From assembly GCA_043228905.1 (NCBI GenBank), contig JBHGNT010000013.1, positions 14,632,001-14,696,000 of the forward strand: DNA of 64,000 nt, in the 5' to 3' direction. Shown here one piece after another: positions 1 through 11,700 of this stretch; the stretch's first letter is position 1; every line of letters starts with the position of its first letter. This DNA is from Azolla caroliniana (Eukaryota; Plantae; Polypodiophyta). The translations under genes and the position numbers were made by a program. Under the pieces are notes generated by a model. That model saw nothing but the letters and a program-made list of their open reading frames with translations. It did not search any database and was not told the origin of the DNA.

Positions 1-805
1 ATGGATACGATGCCACCATGAGCTCGTTCTTACGAGAGGCATTCGTAATGACGTGACCATGTGATGGCCCACGTGAGCCTACTACGAAACGAGGGCTCAT
101 TTGGCTTGACCATTAGGTTGCACTTTGGCGTATGCCATCGTAATTACGAGACTTGAGGTTAGGTAACGTACCAACATAGTTTTGGTAAATGAGGGCGAAA
201 TAAGGACCCTTGACATATATGTTCTTTTAAAAAAACATATATGATCAATTGCCTCGCATATCTCTTATACGCATCAAACATTAAGCATTCGAGAAGAGCA
301 ACTTACTTGGTTGGCTCAAGTGTTTAATGTATTTGTTCTCGAGGTCTCGAGTTCAAATATGACCAAGACCATACAACACCCTTGATACATATGACTATAA
401 CACATGTTTAGACTTAAGGTCTAAGTGCACCTCGGGGTCCTCGTAATAGGACTTAAAGAGCCGAAACCACTTATGTGGGCACCGAAACATAGTTTATTGT
501 TAACATTTTTTTCGTGTATAAACTATTCATGACGCGAACATACATGGTTGAGCCTCGGGGAGCCACCATGAAAAAATTGATATAGAGATCAGGGAAAGAC
601 ATTTATTTGTCACCCCCATGGTTTTTAAAACACCTTTGTGTTACCATAGTAACCTGATCTTGAACCTCATCTCATACGTCTAGAGGGGTATTGACGTGAG
701 ATAATGATATCGATTAATGCTCGCCCATGATATGTTTACATCACGACATGATGTTATGACTATATCTCTGACCTTATCCTATTTCTTTTCCAGAAATAAT
801 CTTTA

Positions 806-3800
806 ATGGCTCAAATTAACGACCCGATGTCATCCGCTCAAGCGGAAGGAACTCAAGGGAATCCTCCTGGACAAATGTCCACTGAGATGTATTTGGCACA
901 AATAACCCAATACCTTAGTTTCACCGCTCAACAGATGACCGAACTTCGGCAATCTCAGAGTGCTCTTGAGGCACGTGTCATTAGTCTACAACGTGAGACT
1001 AATAGACCTGATGAGCGACAAGGTGAACCATCATTTGTCGTTAAGCCATTTACGGGAGACAAAAAGGAAAGAACCGAAGAAGCAATCTGCACATGGCTGG
1101 GACGATGGGAGTCTCATTTTGAGCTCTATCCCACGCCAGATAGTACGAAGATTGCATATGTCGGCCGAGAACTCAGGGGTAAGGCCGCCGCCTGGTGGCG
1201 TGGCCTCCGTACTATGGGGAAATTGCCCGATACCTGGACAGATTTTGTCACGGTTTTTAAGGGCCAATTTCTGCAACCTCCCTCTCGAACCGAGGCAGCA
1301 CAAGCTTTAATGAACCTCTCTAGCAGGAAATTTTCCTCGCTAGAAGACTATGTTCACCATGCTAGAACCCAAATCCAAAAATCGGGTCTAGAAGGGGACA
1401 ATTGGTTGATAGATTGTTTTGTCAATGGCATCCCCAATTCGGACTATCACTGGATAGTGCACGATAAGGATCCAAAATCCTTCGAAGAGGCCGTTGAAAT
1501 AGTTCTTCGCTATCAACGCACTTCGAAGAAGGACCATAACAAACCCAACGAAGCGCTCGGGACTAAGCAGTCGCAATTTGTTGGGAAACGCAAGACACCC
1601 AACGAATTCCTGGATCGCGATTGTAAGCGACAACATCCTTTTTGTGTATTCTGCAAAAAGAAGGGTCATACAAAAGATCAATGTCGAAAGCTCCAACGGA
1701 AAGAGCACGACAACAAAGCTAAAGCTGCAGACCATAAAGGTCAGATTCCTAATGTCCTTCAGGTCTATACACATCATTTAAGTAATTGTCAATGTTCTTT
1801 CCCTCACTATGTATTGGGTCCCAATGATTTACTACGTGCAAACGGGTATATCAATGGATCTCCCGTACAGTTTTTATTTGATTCGGGAAGCTCACACAAT
1901 TTTGTGAATGATCGTTTGGTTCAGATATGGGGAATCCAACCCACCGTAAGTGATCACACCTACACGGTGCACTTGGCTGATGGAAGAGTACAATACATCA
2001 ACGGGGCGATTCATTCATTAGGAATTTCTATTGATACTTATATAGAGGAAGTAGACTTCCATGTAATGAATCTTTGTACCACCGATGTAATACTGGGTTA
2101 TCCTTGGTTTTATAATAAAAACTCTTCTTTATTTATTGATTGGGTTCGTCATTCCATTTCTTTTGTACTGAACGATTGTACGCATTTTATTCAATGTGTA
2201 AAAAAACAATCCCTCTCGATTGTTTCCTCGTGTCCATCAATATCCGAGTTGTCTTGTTCTACGTTATTTTATTGTGTACTTGATCCGGACATTCACGTTT
2301 ACAATATCGATAATGTCCCGATTCAATTAACATATTTTGAACAACAACAACTTGATGAAATCTTAAATGATTTTCATGATGTTTTTCCAAGTGAACTACC
2401 TGATGGGTTACCTCCTAAACGTAATATAGACCATCGTATAGATATTGTACCTGGTGTTGCACCAATAAGTATACCTCCGTATCGCTTAAGTCGATCCGAA
2501 GAAGATGAGGTATCTAAGCAACTCAAGGACTATTTACGAATGGGTTATATACGTTATAGTAAATCTCCATGGGGTGCACCAGTTCTCTTGGTTAAAAAGA
2601 AAGAGGGCACATGGCGTATGTGTATTAATTACCGACGCTTGAATAAAGTGACGATCAAGAATTCGTATCCATTGCCCCGGGCTGACGATCTAATTGACCG
2701 TCTCCAGGGAGCTCGGTATTTTACGAAACTTGATCTCCGTACTGGCTACCATCAAATACGAATAAGTGAGGACGATGTTCCTAAAACGGCCTTTCGTACG
2801 CGTTATGGCCATTACGAGTTTTTGGTTATGCCTTTTGGTTTGACCAATGCTCCGGCTACTTTTCAACAAGAAATGAATGACATTTTCCGAGAACAACTTG
2901 GAAAATTTGTCGTTATTTTCTTGGATGATATTTTAGTTTATAGTCGTACATTACAAGAACATGCTAGACATGTCCACTTTGTTTTACAAACATTGCGTGA
3001 CAAACAGTTTTATGCGAAGATCTCAAAATGTGAGTTCTTCAAGAAATCAATTACTTATCTAGGACATCTCATAACCGAACGAGGAGTTGAAATTGATCCT
3101 TCTCGCATTGAGAAAATCAAGCTTTGGCCCACTCTTCGGAATATTCGAGAAGTTCGATCATTCCTTGGTTTTGTGGGGTTTTTGCGAAAGTCTCTTCGTA
3201 ATTACTCCCAATTGACGACGCCGTTTACTGATCTTTTAAAAGGTCAAACGTGTAAGTCTACAAAACCTATTGTGTGGAATGCTACACTAGACCTTGCCTT
3301 TAAGGAACTCAAGGACCTGGTTTGCAAGGCTCCTTCACTTCTTTTACCCGATCCTTCAAAACCTTTTGAGGTTGAAACCGATGCAAGCGATTATGCTATA
3401 GGTGTTGTCTTGTATCAAGATGGTAAACCAATAGCATTCGAGAGTAAGAAACTTGATTCTGCTCAATGTCGGTATACCGTTCAAGAAAAGGAATTATTTG
3501 CAGTTATACATGCGCTCAAAACATGGCGCCATTATCTTTATGGAAATCACTTTGTGGTAACTACGGACCACGAGTCCTTGAAATATTTTTGTGACCAACA
3601 AGACCTGAAAGGTCGTAAGGCACGATGGGCTGATCTCATCCAGGACTTTGATTTTTCCATACGATATCGTAAAGGTTCCATGAACATTGTCGCTGATGCA
3701 CTAAGTCGCATCCATGAAGTTAACACGCTTAGCTTCACTGAAATATCATCAGATCTTTATGATCACCTTCGAGGAAAGTATCCTGATGACAGTTATTTCG

Positions 3801-5239
3801 CAAAATACTGGGCTAGAGTTGAGTCTGGAACAAACACCACCACATCCTTGAAGGAATACTTCCACATTGCTAACGGTTTGCTCTACCGTAATGGGAAGGT
3901 TTGTGTTCCAGATTTACCCGAGGTCAAAAAGAGGATTCTTTTTGAATGCCATGATGCACCCTCAGCAGGGCACCCTGGAATACATCGTACACTCGTTCTC
4001 ATCTCCACTCAATTTTATTGGCCTAAGATGCGTCCTGACATACATAGCTATGTGACTAAATGTCACCAGTGTCAGGTTAACAAAGCCGAGCGACTTAAAG
4101 CCGCAGGACTTTTACATCCCCTGGACATTCCCAATAATAAGTGGGAAAGTATATCCATGGATTTTATTGTTAGCCTTCCTCACACCCAAAAAGGTCATGA
4201 TTCCATCTGGGTTGTCGTTGATCGACTAACTAAAATGGCCAGATTTATTGCTACTAAAACCACGGTAACAGCTCCTGAATTGGCTTACCAATTCGTTGAC
4301 GAATTGTTTCGTTTTTATGGGTTACCGATGGATATCGTGAGTGATCGAGATCCAAAGTTTACTAGTGACTTCTGGACACAAGTCTTTAAGAAGTTAGAAA
4401 CTACGTTGAGCATGAGCTCCACGGATCATCCTCAATCCGATGGACAGACAGAACGAGTAAATCAAATTATTGAGGACATGCTTCGAGCATACGTTGGTGC
4501 AAAACCAACAAAATGGGAACGTTATCTCCCAATTTTGGAGTTTGCTTATAACAGCTCCAAGCATACGTCGACGGGATATAGTCCTTTTATGTTGATGTAT
4601 GGTTTTCAGCCACGAGCCCCGATTGATGTTACTATACATCATGATGAGTTGCGAAGTACGCAAAACTTTCTTCGGGATATGCAAGATATGTTGCATATTG
4701 CACGAGATAATATAAAAACAGCTCAAGATAGAGCGCGTTTTTATGCCGATCATCATAGGCAACCTCGTGTATTCAACCCTGGACAGAAGGTATTTTTACG
4801 TGTACCTCACAATTCTAAGACATTGTCTACAGGTAAGTGCGCTAAGTTAGCCCCACGGTTTTGTGGACCTTTTACAGTCCTCAAACGAATTGGGTCATCA
4901 GCCTATCGTCTCGCTCTTCCCGATGGTGTCGGAATTCATCCAGTCTTTCATGTGAGTCGTCTAAAAGAACTTCTAGGTTCTGGCGACAATACAGTTACGA
5001 CTGAAACTCTGGTTACTTCTGAAGAATTATCTTCTAAACCACATGTACCAGAAAGAATTCTCGATGTTAAAACAAAAAAATTATGTACTAAAGAAATCCG
5101 AGAATTCAAAATAAAATGGATGGATAAATCAATAAAAGATGCCACATGGGAACGCAAAAATACTCTTAGAACTAACTTCCCTAACTTTCCATTGCAAGAG
5201 TGCAATGTTTTAAAGAGGGGGAGTATGTTACGGGCATGA
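806..5239 (+). CDS. Gag-Pol polyprotein (gag, CCHC knuckle, aspartic protease, RT, RNase H, integrase, chromodomain), 1477 aa, uninterrupted
   Basis: [14 protein letters not shown] knuckle; [11 protein letters not shown] protease; YPLPRADDL and [11 protein letters not shown]; [10 protein letters not shown] RNase H; GHPG...CHQC and SDRDPKF...DGQTE integrase; FCGPF; C-terminal PERIL...FKIKW...DATWE chromodomain. Confidence 0.97.
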   Translation: MAQINDPMSSAQAEGTQGNPPGQMSTEMYLAQITQYLSFTAQQMTELRQSQSALEARVISLQRETNRPDERQGEPSFVVKPFTGDKKERTEEAICTWLGRWESHFELYPTPDSTKIAYVGRELRGKAAAWWRGLRTMGKLPDTWTDFVTVFKGQFLQPPSRTEAAQALMNLSSRKFSSLEDYVHHARTQIQKSGLEGDNWLIDCFVNGIPNSDYHWIVHDKDPKSFEEAVEIVLRYQRTSKKDHNKPNEALGTKQSQFVGKRKTPNEFLDRDCKRQHPFCVFCKKKGHTKDQCRKLQRKEHDNKAKAADHKGQIPNVLQVYTHHLSNCQCSFPHYVLGPNDLLRANGYINGSPVQFLFDSGSSHNFVNDRLVQIWGIQPTVSDHTYTVHLADGRVQYINGAIHSLGISIDTYIEEVDFHVMNLCTTDVILGYPWFYNKNSSLFIDWVRHSISFVLNDCTHFIQCVKKQSLSIVSSCPSISELSCSTLFYCVLDPDIHVYNIDNVPIQLTYFEQQQLDEILNDFHDVFPSELPDGLPPKRNIDHRIDIVPGVAPISIPPYRLSRSEEDEVSKQLKDYLRMGYIRYSKSPWGAPVLLVKKKEGTWRMCINYRRLNKVTIKNSYPLPRADDLIDRLQGARYFTKLDLRTGYHQIRISEDDVPKTAFRTRYGHYEFLVMPFGLTNAPATFQQEMNDIFREQLGKFVVIFLDDILVYSRTLQEHARHVHFVLQTLRDKQFYAKISKCEFFKKSITYLGHLITERGVEIDPSRIEKIKLWPTLRNIREVRSFLGFVGFLRKSLRNYSQLTTPFTDLLKGQTCKSTKPIVWNATLDLAFKELKDLVCKAPSLLLPDPSKPFEVETDASDYAIGVVLYQDGKPIAFESKKLDSAQCRYTVQEKELFAVIHALKTWRHYLYGNHFVVTTDHESLKYFCDQQDLKGRKARWADLIQDFDFSIRYRKGSMNIVADALSRIHEVNTLSFTEISSDLYDHLRGKYPDDSYFAKYWARVESGTNTTTSLKEYFHIANGLLYRNGKVCVPDLPEVKKRILFECHDAPSAGHPGIHRTLVLISTQFYWPKMRPDIHSYVTKCHQCQVNKAERLKAAGLLHPLDIPNNKWESISMDFIVSLPHTQKGHDSIWVVVDRLTKMARFIATKTTVTAPELAYQFVDELFRFYGLPMDIVSDRDPKFTSDFWTQVFKKLETTLSMSSTDHPQSDGQTERVNQIIEDMLRAYVGAKPTKWERYLPILEFAYNSSKHTSTGYSPFMLMYGFQPRAPIDVTIHHDELRSTQNFLRDMQDMLHIARDNIKTAQDRARFYADHHRQPRVFNPGQKVFLRVPHNSKTLSTGKCAKLAPRFCGPFTVLKRIGSSAYRLALPDGVGIHPVFHVSRLKELLGSGDNTVTTETLVTSEELSSKPHVPERILDVKTKKLCTKEIREFKIKWMDKSIKDATWERKNTLRTNFPNFPLQECNVLKRGSMLRA

Positions 5240-5680
5240 CCATATAATATCCCGTGGTAAGAATTTACCGTAGTATTCTATACACGTGGATAAGTGTGAG
5301 GGTTAAATGAGAGTGTAAAGAAGGGGAGGATTACTTTTAATCCTCGGGATTGAGACAACCCATTAGGTCAAGTGTGAACTTGCCTGGGGGCCTTGGGTTT
5401 CGCTATAAATAAGAGGCCTAGCTACCCTCATTTGATCATCTTTTGACTACATCGAGACTCTGCTCGTGTGGTGGGTCAACTCTTGTAGCGAGCGCGCCAG
5501 CACCAGGTACGACTCGACGCCACGGCGGTGGTATGGGACGCCGATCGAGGCTCGAGTCCGTCTCGATCCCTTCGCTCGGGGGTGATCGGGTGGATCGGCA
5601 CCCTTCTTTCTCTTTCTCCTTTCTATCTTTCATTTCTTTATCCTTATCTTAAGCTTACTTTAGTACCAAGATCTATAATA
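5226..5680 (+). repeat. 3' LTR of the chromovirus (about 455 bp)
   Basis: Starts TGTTACGG right after the PPT. The putative end CTATAATA (5673-5680) is the expected CCGTAACA with C>T/G>A changes, and ndhF homology starts at 5681. The first 225 bp recur at 43302-43526. The right boundary is inferred. Confidence 0.75.
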
Positions 5681-6080
5681 TATAGGGCCTAAAAAGAGTA
5701 AAAGAGCCACGATATTAGCAAGAATGGGATTGACACTACGAGTATCGATCAATTCGACGAATCGTTGACATAGTTCACAAATTTCAAAACTTCCAGTTAT
5801 CCGATAGATACCTAATATACCCAGCAACAACCCGAAATCTCCCATAGGGTTAGTGACGAAGGCTTTCTGACAAGCATTGGCGGCGTTTGGTCGTGAGAAC
5901 CAAAAATTGATAAGCAAGTAGGAACACATCCCCACTAATTCCCAAAACGCATGAATTTGTACTAAGTTGGGGCTGAATACCTATCCTAACATGGATGCCG
6001 CGAATAGACTCAAATAGGTAAAGAATCTCACATATCCTTGATCGTGACACGTATAACTATCACTATGAATCGTAACTAAG
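5681..6080 (-). pseudogene. ndhF: Nuclear plastid DNA insertion (NUPT): ndhF fragment
   Basis: Minus strand reads [87 protein letters not shown]...LLFLGPI, matching plastid NdhF. One in-frame stop. Confidence 0.93.
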
Positions 6081-7981
6081 TGCTCCCATACCACCATGTG
6101 TTCCCATGTGTCCTAGGTCCTTATGGATTTGTCCCAATTTCTAGGATATTTGGTTTCCTTACCATCCTACCCTCAACCCATTAAAACTAACTATGCAGTT
6201 GGTTTATAATGTTAGGCTTATAGCGATGGACGTGATTGTTGATTCTAATGGAAGCAGGTAGTGAAGGGGGTGGTGTTTTTGGGTAAGACAAAGCATTCTT
6301 GAGTTGGTGTGGCAATGGGGAACAGGACAATGAGCCAACAAGGGAAGGTCAAGGTTTTAGGCTTCTACCAATCTAACACTAGGAGCTCTAATCACATAAC
6401 GTTGGTGGTGTAGTGTCATCAATCCATTGATTGATCTTGATAAATTAAAAAATCAAAAGTCGTGGCTACGTGGGATGTATAATTAGTGGCGAATGAGGCC
6501 AATGTCCAATAGAAACATAACGACTTCTCAAAAAAGGTAACTGAGGCAATCTTGAGTATGGTAAGCTTTTGATCTTGTGAAGTAAGATCCAAATTATTAG
6601 TCCATCATGAGGAGTCCTAGGTCAAGTGTTGAAAAAGAGCTAAAGGAAAACATCAAAGGTGTGAGGAGTATTCTCCGCTTACCTAGGCTGAACTATAGAG
6701 ATGTGAAGGTTGAAGGAGCAACTATGGAGGTTAAGGGCTAACAAAAGTTAGGTCAATAGATATAAGAGAGTTGGATGGTTAGGAAGACTTTGTTTAATGT
6801 AGAGATTGTGGGGCTTTGTTTATTGTTAGTACAAAGTTTTTTGTTTCAAGAGAAATATCCTCCATTCGTATGAAAAGCAAAGTGGCCAGAGTCAATATAC
6901 AAAGTAGTCAAATGTTACAAGCAATGTAACTGTGAAACAATGCCGAATGACCATAGCCAAACTTTATAGGTAAAGATAACTATAAAAATCCTCGTAAAGT
7001 ACTAGACTAGTAAAGAAAGTATAACCAAGCCATAACATTCTCCAAATTAGCAAGATGAAGAAGAACACAATATGAGTACTCCTATGACTTGAATTGGAAA
7101 ATCTTCGCCGATGATACCAACATGTAGGGCCTGTTAATGTCAGTGAAATCCCCAAAGATCACAACAAAGAACAATGAAAATGAACCTGGAATGTGTTGCT
7201 TCCCCAAGCAAAGTACAACATCACCCTACCCAAAATGATATGTAATTTTGCAATTTATCTCGACTCATCAATATTTCCAAAGGCCTAAAATGTTAGGGAA
7301 AACATCCTAGTCGGGATTAGGTATTATGGTCTACATCGGTGAGCAGTATCTTAATCTTCAAGCCCAACAAAACTATCGTTACTAAATCCAACTCATCGAT
7401 ATTTCCAAATGCTAGTGAGTTATCATTTACATAAAGGTCTTCTTACTTCACGCATTGTCTGTGAGGATGGTAAGGATCCCTTGAGGAACATTCTATGTGT
7501 GAACTTAACGCAGCAAGGTTGTGATATATGGACTAGAAATATAACCATGTAGCCGAGTCAAATGCACATTGTATTTCCTGTCTCAACTTGACAACAATAG
7601 ATGCTCATTCATGTGGTCTTTTGAGGCCATGTGTCCACTTATATGTCTTGCACAAGTAAGTATTGTGTTCCCTACCATGCTTTTAGAGATTTCCTACACA
7701 TAAGACAAGGGTTTACTCAAACTTGAAGGGCTAGTGTTAGACAATTAAGAACCCCTCCCCTAATGTCTTGAAATTTAAAAGGAACTTCTATACAAACACG
7801 TACCCCCAACCAGTGATGTTGTATGACCACAATGAAGCAATAATGCAAACATTACACATTTCCTCAAAGCTCCTAATGCCTCAATATCACTCTTGACTTT
7901 GAGAAGAATAATACTAGAAGGGTTAGTTTTAGCAAATCAGACCCATTAGTTTATAGCTTGGAAAAGAATATGTATATATTA

Positions 7982-8020
<39 letters not shown>
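7982..8020. repeat. Compound (CT)n(CA)n microsatellite
   Basis: Directly visible. Confidence 0.95.
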
Positions 8021-8021
<1 letters not shown>

Positions 8022-8715
8022 TGCACCACACAATTAGATCCTTTAGTAGTCCTTGATTAAGAAAACCACACAAATATACATGTGAACACACTTCCAATCA
8101 ATGATGTTAATGTGACCACAATGAATGGAAAAAACGCACGAATATTGTATGACCATCAGCATGGAGCTTCAAAGTCCTCTGATGAGAGTCTGTACTTGTT
8201 CACGAGGTTCATCGGGCTTCATTTCCTGCCTCGACAATCAATAAGGAGACAGTTTTTCCTCAAGACAGGCAGAAGCACCATCCGATGGGGCTAGGGCGCT
8301 GAAATTGGTCCAATGGGGGGGGCATGCATACAACCAAGTAGGCCACACACACACGGGACGGGAGTGCGCCACGCTCAAGTACATCAGAGAAAGAGAGCTC
8401 TAGAGTCTTCTGTTGAGGACATTATTACGGGTGAAGAAGGGTTCTTCTTCATCTTCTTCTTCTTCTTCTTCTTCTTCTGCTTCAAGAGATCTATGGAGAG
8501 AGCCATTGGATCCTTCATCTTGTCTCATTTCCTTGGCCTCCTTGCCAATAGATATTTCTTTCTTTTACTTCATGACTCATTGACTTGGCTTGGCTTGACT
8601 TGACTTGACTTGACTAACCCCCCGGAACTCTCCTATACTATACCACAGTCACAAGACCAGACCAGGATTCGCCTGCTCTGTTTCTTCTGTGCCTCTCACA
8701 GAGGAGACGCCCACC

Positions 8716-11700
8716 ATGGCCAAACGTCTCTTGGCTCTTTTCACATGGCGCCATATCTCTTCTTCTTCCTCCTCCTCCTCTTCTTCATACAGGTCTTATC
8801 ATCGTGGTCATCATCCCCTGCTTCCCTCTTTCTACTCTTCCCCTGTTCCTCCTGCTCTCAGGTTGGATGCAAGGTCCGCCTCCTCCACGCAGTTTGTCGA
8901 GGAATCCTCCATGTCCACCCTCGCACCCCGTTGGATCACGAGCTCCCGAGTCTACGCTGATGCTAACGTCCTCCGCCCGAGAGAGTACTGGGACTATGAG
9001 TCACTTGTCCTTCGATGGGGGTAAGCAACATCTTCTTTTTCTTTTCCTTCTTCTCTCTGAGAAAGATTGATCATTGTCACCCTAAAGGTTCAAATATTCG
9101 ATAGGAGTAAGCAATCTCGTCTTTTTCTTTTTCTTTCCGAGGTAGATTGAGCATTTTCATCCCCAGAGGTCTTATATGTGTTTAGGTCTAATTTCTATAT
9201 TTGTCCCAGTGTCAATGTTGAGATTTTGAATTTCCGCAGTCCAGCGGTCAACAATGTAATGAAATATCTTCCTCGAGGAAAAGTATGAGTTATGAGACCA
9301 AACAGAAATATTTTCATGTAGTGTGTGAATAAAATATGAACTATGAAACTCTTATTTATATATGATATGATGTAGAACACTCCTAAAAGTCAAATATCTA
9401 GGCAAAGAATATTTGGAAGCCTCTAGAAAGTTCAAAATCAAAGGAATCTTGTAGATGTGTTCCTCTTGAGTAACAGCTAATATGCCTATTTGACAACAGA
9501 CAGTAAGACGTGGTTGTGATTGTAATTCAAAAAGAAACTTTGTTTAGATTTGATTAAATAAAGAAAAAACAAGTATGTAAGGCAATCATACAAATTTAGT
9601 TGTTATAACCTTCTAGATATTAAAGAACTGAACAAGCAAGACTAGAAACTTCTGGAGAGTCCACAAAGTCAAAGTAGGATAAAATCTTCTCAATGTTTGA
9701 CTGTAGATATGATATCATCTTTCTTCTTTTAGAATCCTTTGTTCCGGTGACATCATGTAAGAACATGATGCAAATTGCACTGGCAGCACTTTAGACGAAC
9801 CGAATCAGTCTGGGGATGATGGATTGCCTCTTGAAGAGACCTTTGGCAGGGAAGAAGAAGGCAATGTAGTACATTGGTTAGCAGAATTGATTACATTATG
9901 ATCGATATGGAAATGACCTCAGAACACTTTGGGGCCATTGTCAATATTTTACCGAATTTTCCATACTTCCTGTACAAGCGGTAATGCTATTTAATGGGTT
10001 AGTGGGTTTGCCACTGAAAAGATAAAGAAACTTAATCTCTGTTGGTGGGACTAAATAAGCAATTGCCATTCATTGGAGCCAAAATTGGGAAATGAAAGTA
10101 CCTTGGAATGAATAGCATTGGCACCTTGGTTAATGAAGATCAACCTGAATGACCTTTCGGCATAGAGTTAACATTAATTCTCCCAGTTTCTTTAGCGTGC
10201 ATGAGAGCCAATTATGAAGGAAGAACGGAGAAGGATTTTGTAGTTTTGTACACTGCAATGACAGCATTATGGTATTACCACTAATATAAAGGATCTTGAT
10301 GATGGTACTTAGATTTCAGGTTTAGATGACAAAGTTATGGGCATTAAATATAAAATTTGACTTCGTTGATCTATTTCTAAATTTTGTTGCTAATTAGATC
10401 GTTAACAAACAGTCAATTTTGAAATTACTCCTAAATTATAATGCTGCACTAGGAAGCACAGAGAACAAAGAGGAGAGCTCTTGAAGAAAGTATTTATAGT
10501 TCATACATTGCAAAAAACTTCTGGAGCCCACCTTGAATTATGTCTAGGGATCATGATCTTACTTTCTTTTGTCATCAAAATTGCCTAGTTCTCTTCCAAA
10601 TTTGTATGCATGTTCAAGACATTTGTGACTCATGAAATCAAAAGTAAGGACCATTGTTTTGATTTCCTTGTAGGGATCAGGATGACTATGAAGTTCTGAG
10701 AAAGGTTGGGCGTGGAAAGTATAGTGAAGTTTTTCAAGGTGTGAATGTTTCCAATAGAAGATCATGCACCATCAAGATCTTGAAACCAATTAAGAGAAGA
10801 AAGGTATGAATCTAATAGATGTTAGAAATAAATGTGTGCTCAATGAAATGTCTCAGATGCTGCAATATTATCATATGATGTGTTTCTCTATTTTCTATGC
10901 TTTTTATATTTTGGAATATATTTAAACTTAAATAAACTTATTGTTGTTATTTAAATCAGGTAGGTCTATTGTCTTGAAGATTAATTATTTTTCTGGGTGA
11001 TTTATTATGTGTGCTTTGGATTCTTTCATGTGGACTTGAAGTTCCATGGTTTAGTGAACTTTTGGACTTGTACATCTGCACTGTTGGCATATAGTAGGAT
11101 CAACATTTCAACTATCCTTCGAAGTCCAAAATTTTGCAACCTGTGTCCTTACAATGGTAGAAGCCAGTAACTAGCCTGCAGAGCACATGTGCATTCAACC
11201 TATGCGCAGTTATGGTTCAAGCTTCAAGTAGAAATAGGAGTATCATTTTTATCTATAGATAAAGTCTGATTGTTTTTTACGTTTGTTGAGTTCTTGAGAA
11301 ACTTGGGATATCAGACATTAAATCACAGTTGTGTAGTTGCTCCAATATAGAGGTCTTTGGAAGCAATAAATGGTGAGCCAAGAAAGATTGCGCTTGATTT
11401 AAATGGTCATTGTTCATGGCTTTAGTGGATGGATAATAGTCAGACTTCCTCTTGGTAGTTTGAAGTTAACTGGTATTATTTTAATTTGGCAGATTAAAAG
11501 GGAGATCAAAATCCTTCAAAATCTTGCAGGAGGCCCAAATATTGTTAAACTTTTGGATGTTGTTCGTGATGAACAAAGCAGGACTCCAAGCCTTGTCTTT
11601 GAATATATTGATAACACGGATTTTAAGGTTCTTTATCCAACTTTAACCGATTTCGACATCCGCTATTATATGCTGGAGTTGTTAAAGGTACTAATATTGC

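Larger units (their letters stand above)
1..5680 (+). mobile_element. Ty3/gypsy chromovirus LTR retrotransposon (5' LTR lies upstream of the window; leader, gag-pol and 3' LTR visible)
   Basis: Single gag-pol ORF in PR-RT-RH-INT order. Polypurine tract AAGAGGGGGAGTA at about 5213-5225, followed by TGTTACGGG at 5226. LTR TATA box at about 5404. Confidence 0.95.

Noticed and set aside
960-5205. Short ORFs overlapping gag-pol on both strands, and similar ORFs over the copia, LINE and MULE
   Set aside because: Shadow frames of the real coding sequences, with no motifs of their own.
6043-6049. CGTGACA as the 3' LTR terminus (inverted match to TGTTACG)
   Set aside because: It lies inside continuous ndhF homology (codons T-C-H-D) that extends on both sides, so the match is coincidental.
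7098-7125. IFADDT, resembling an RT catalytic motif
   Set aside because: No other RT motifs are recognisable in frame nearby, which is too little to call an element.
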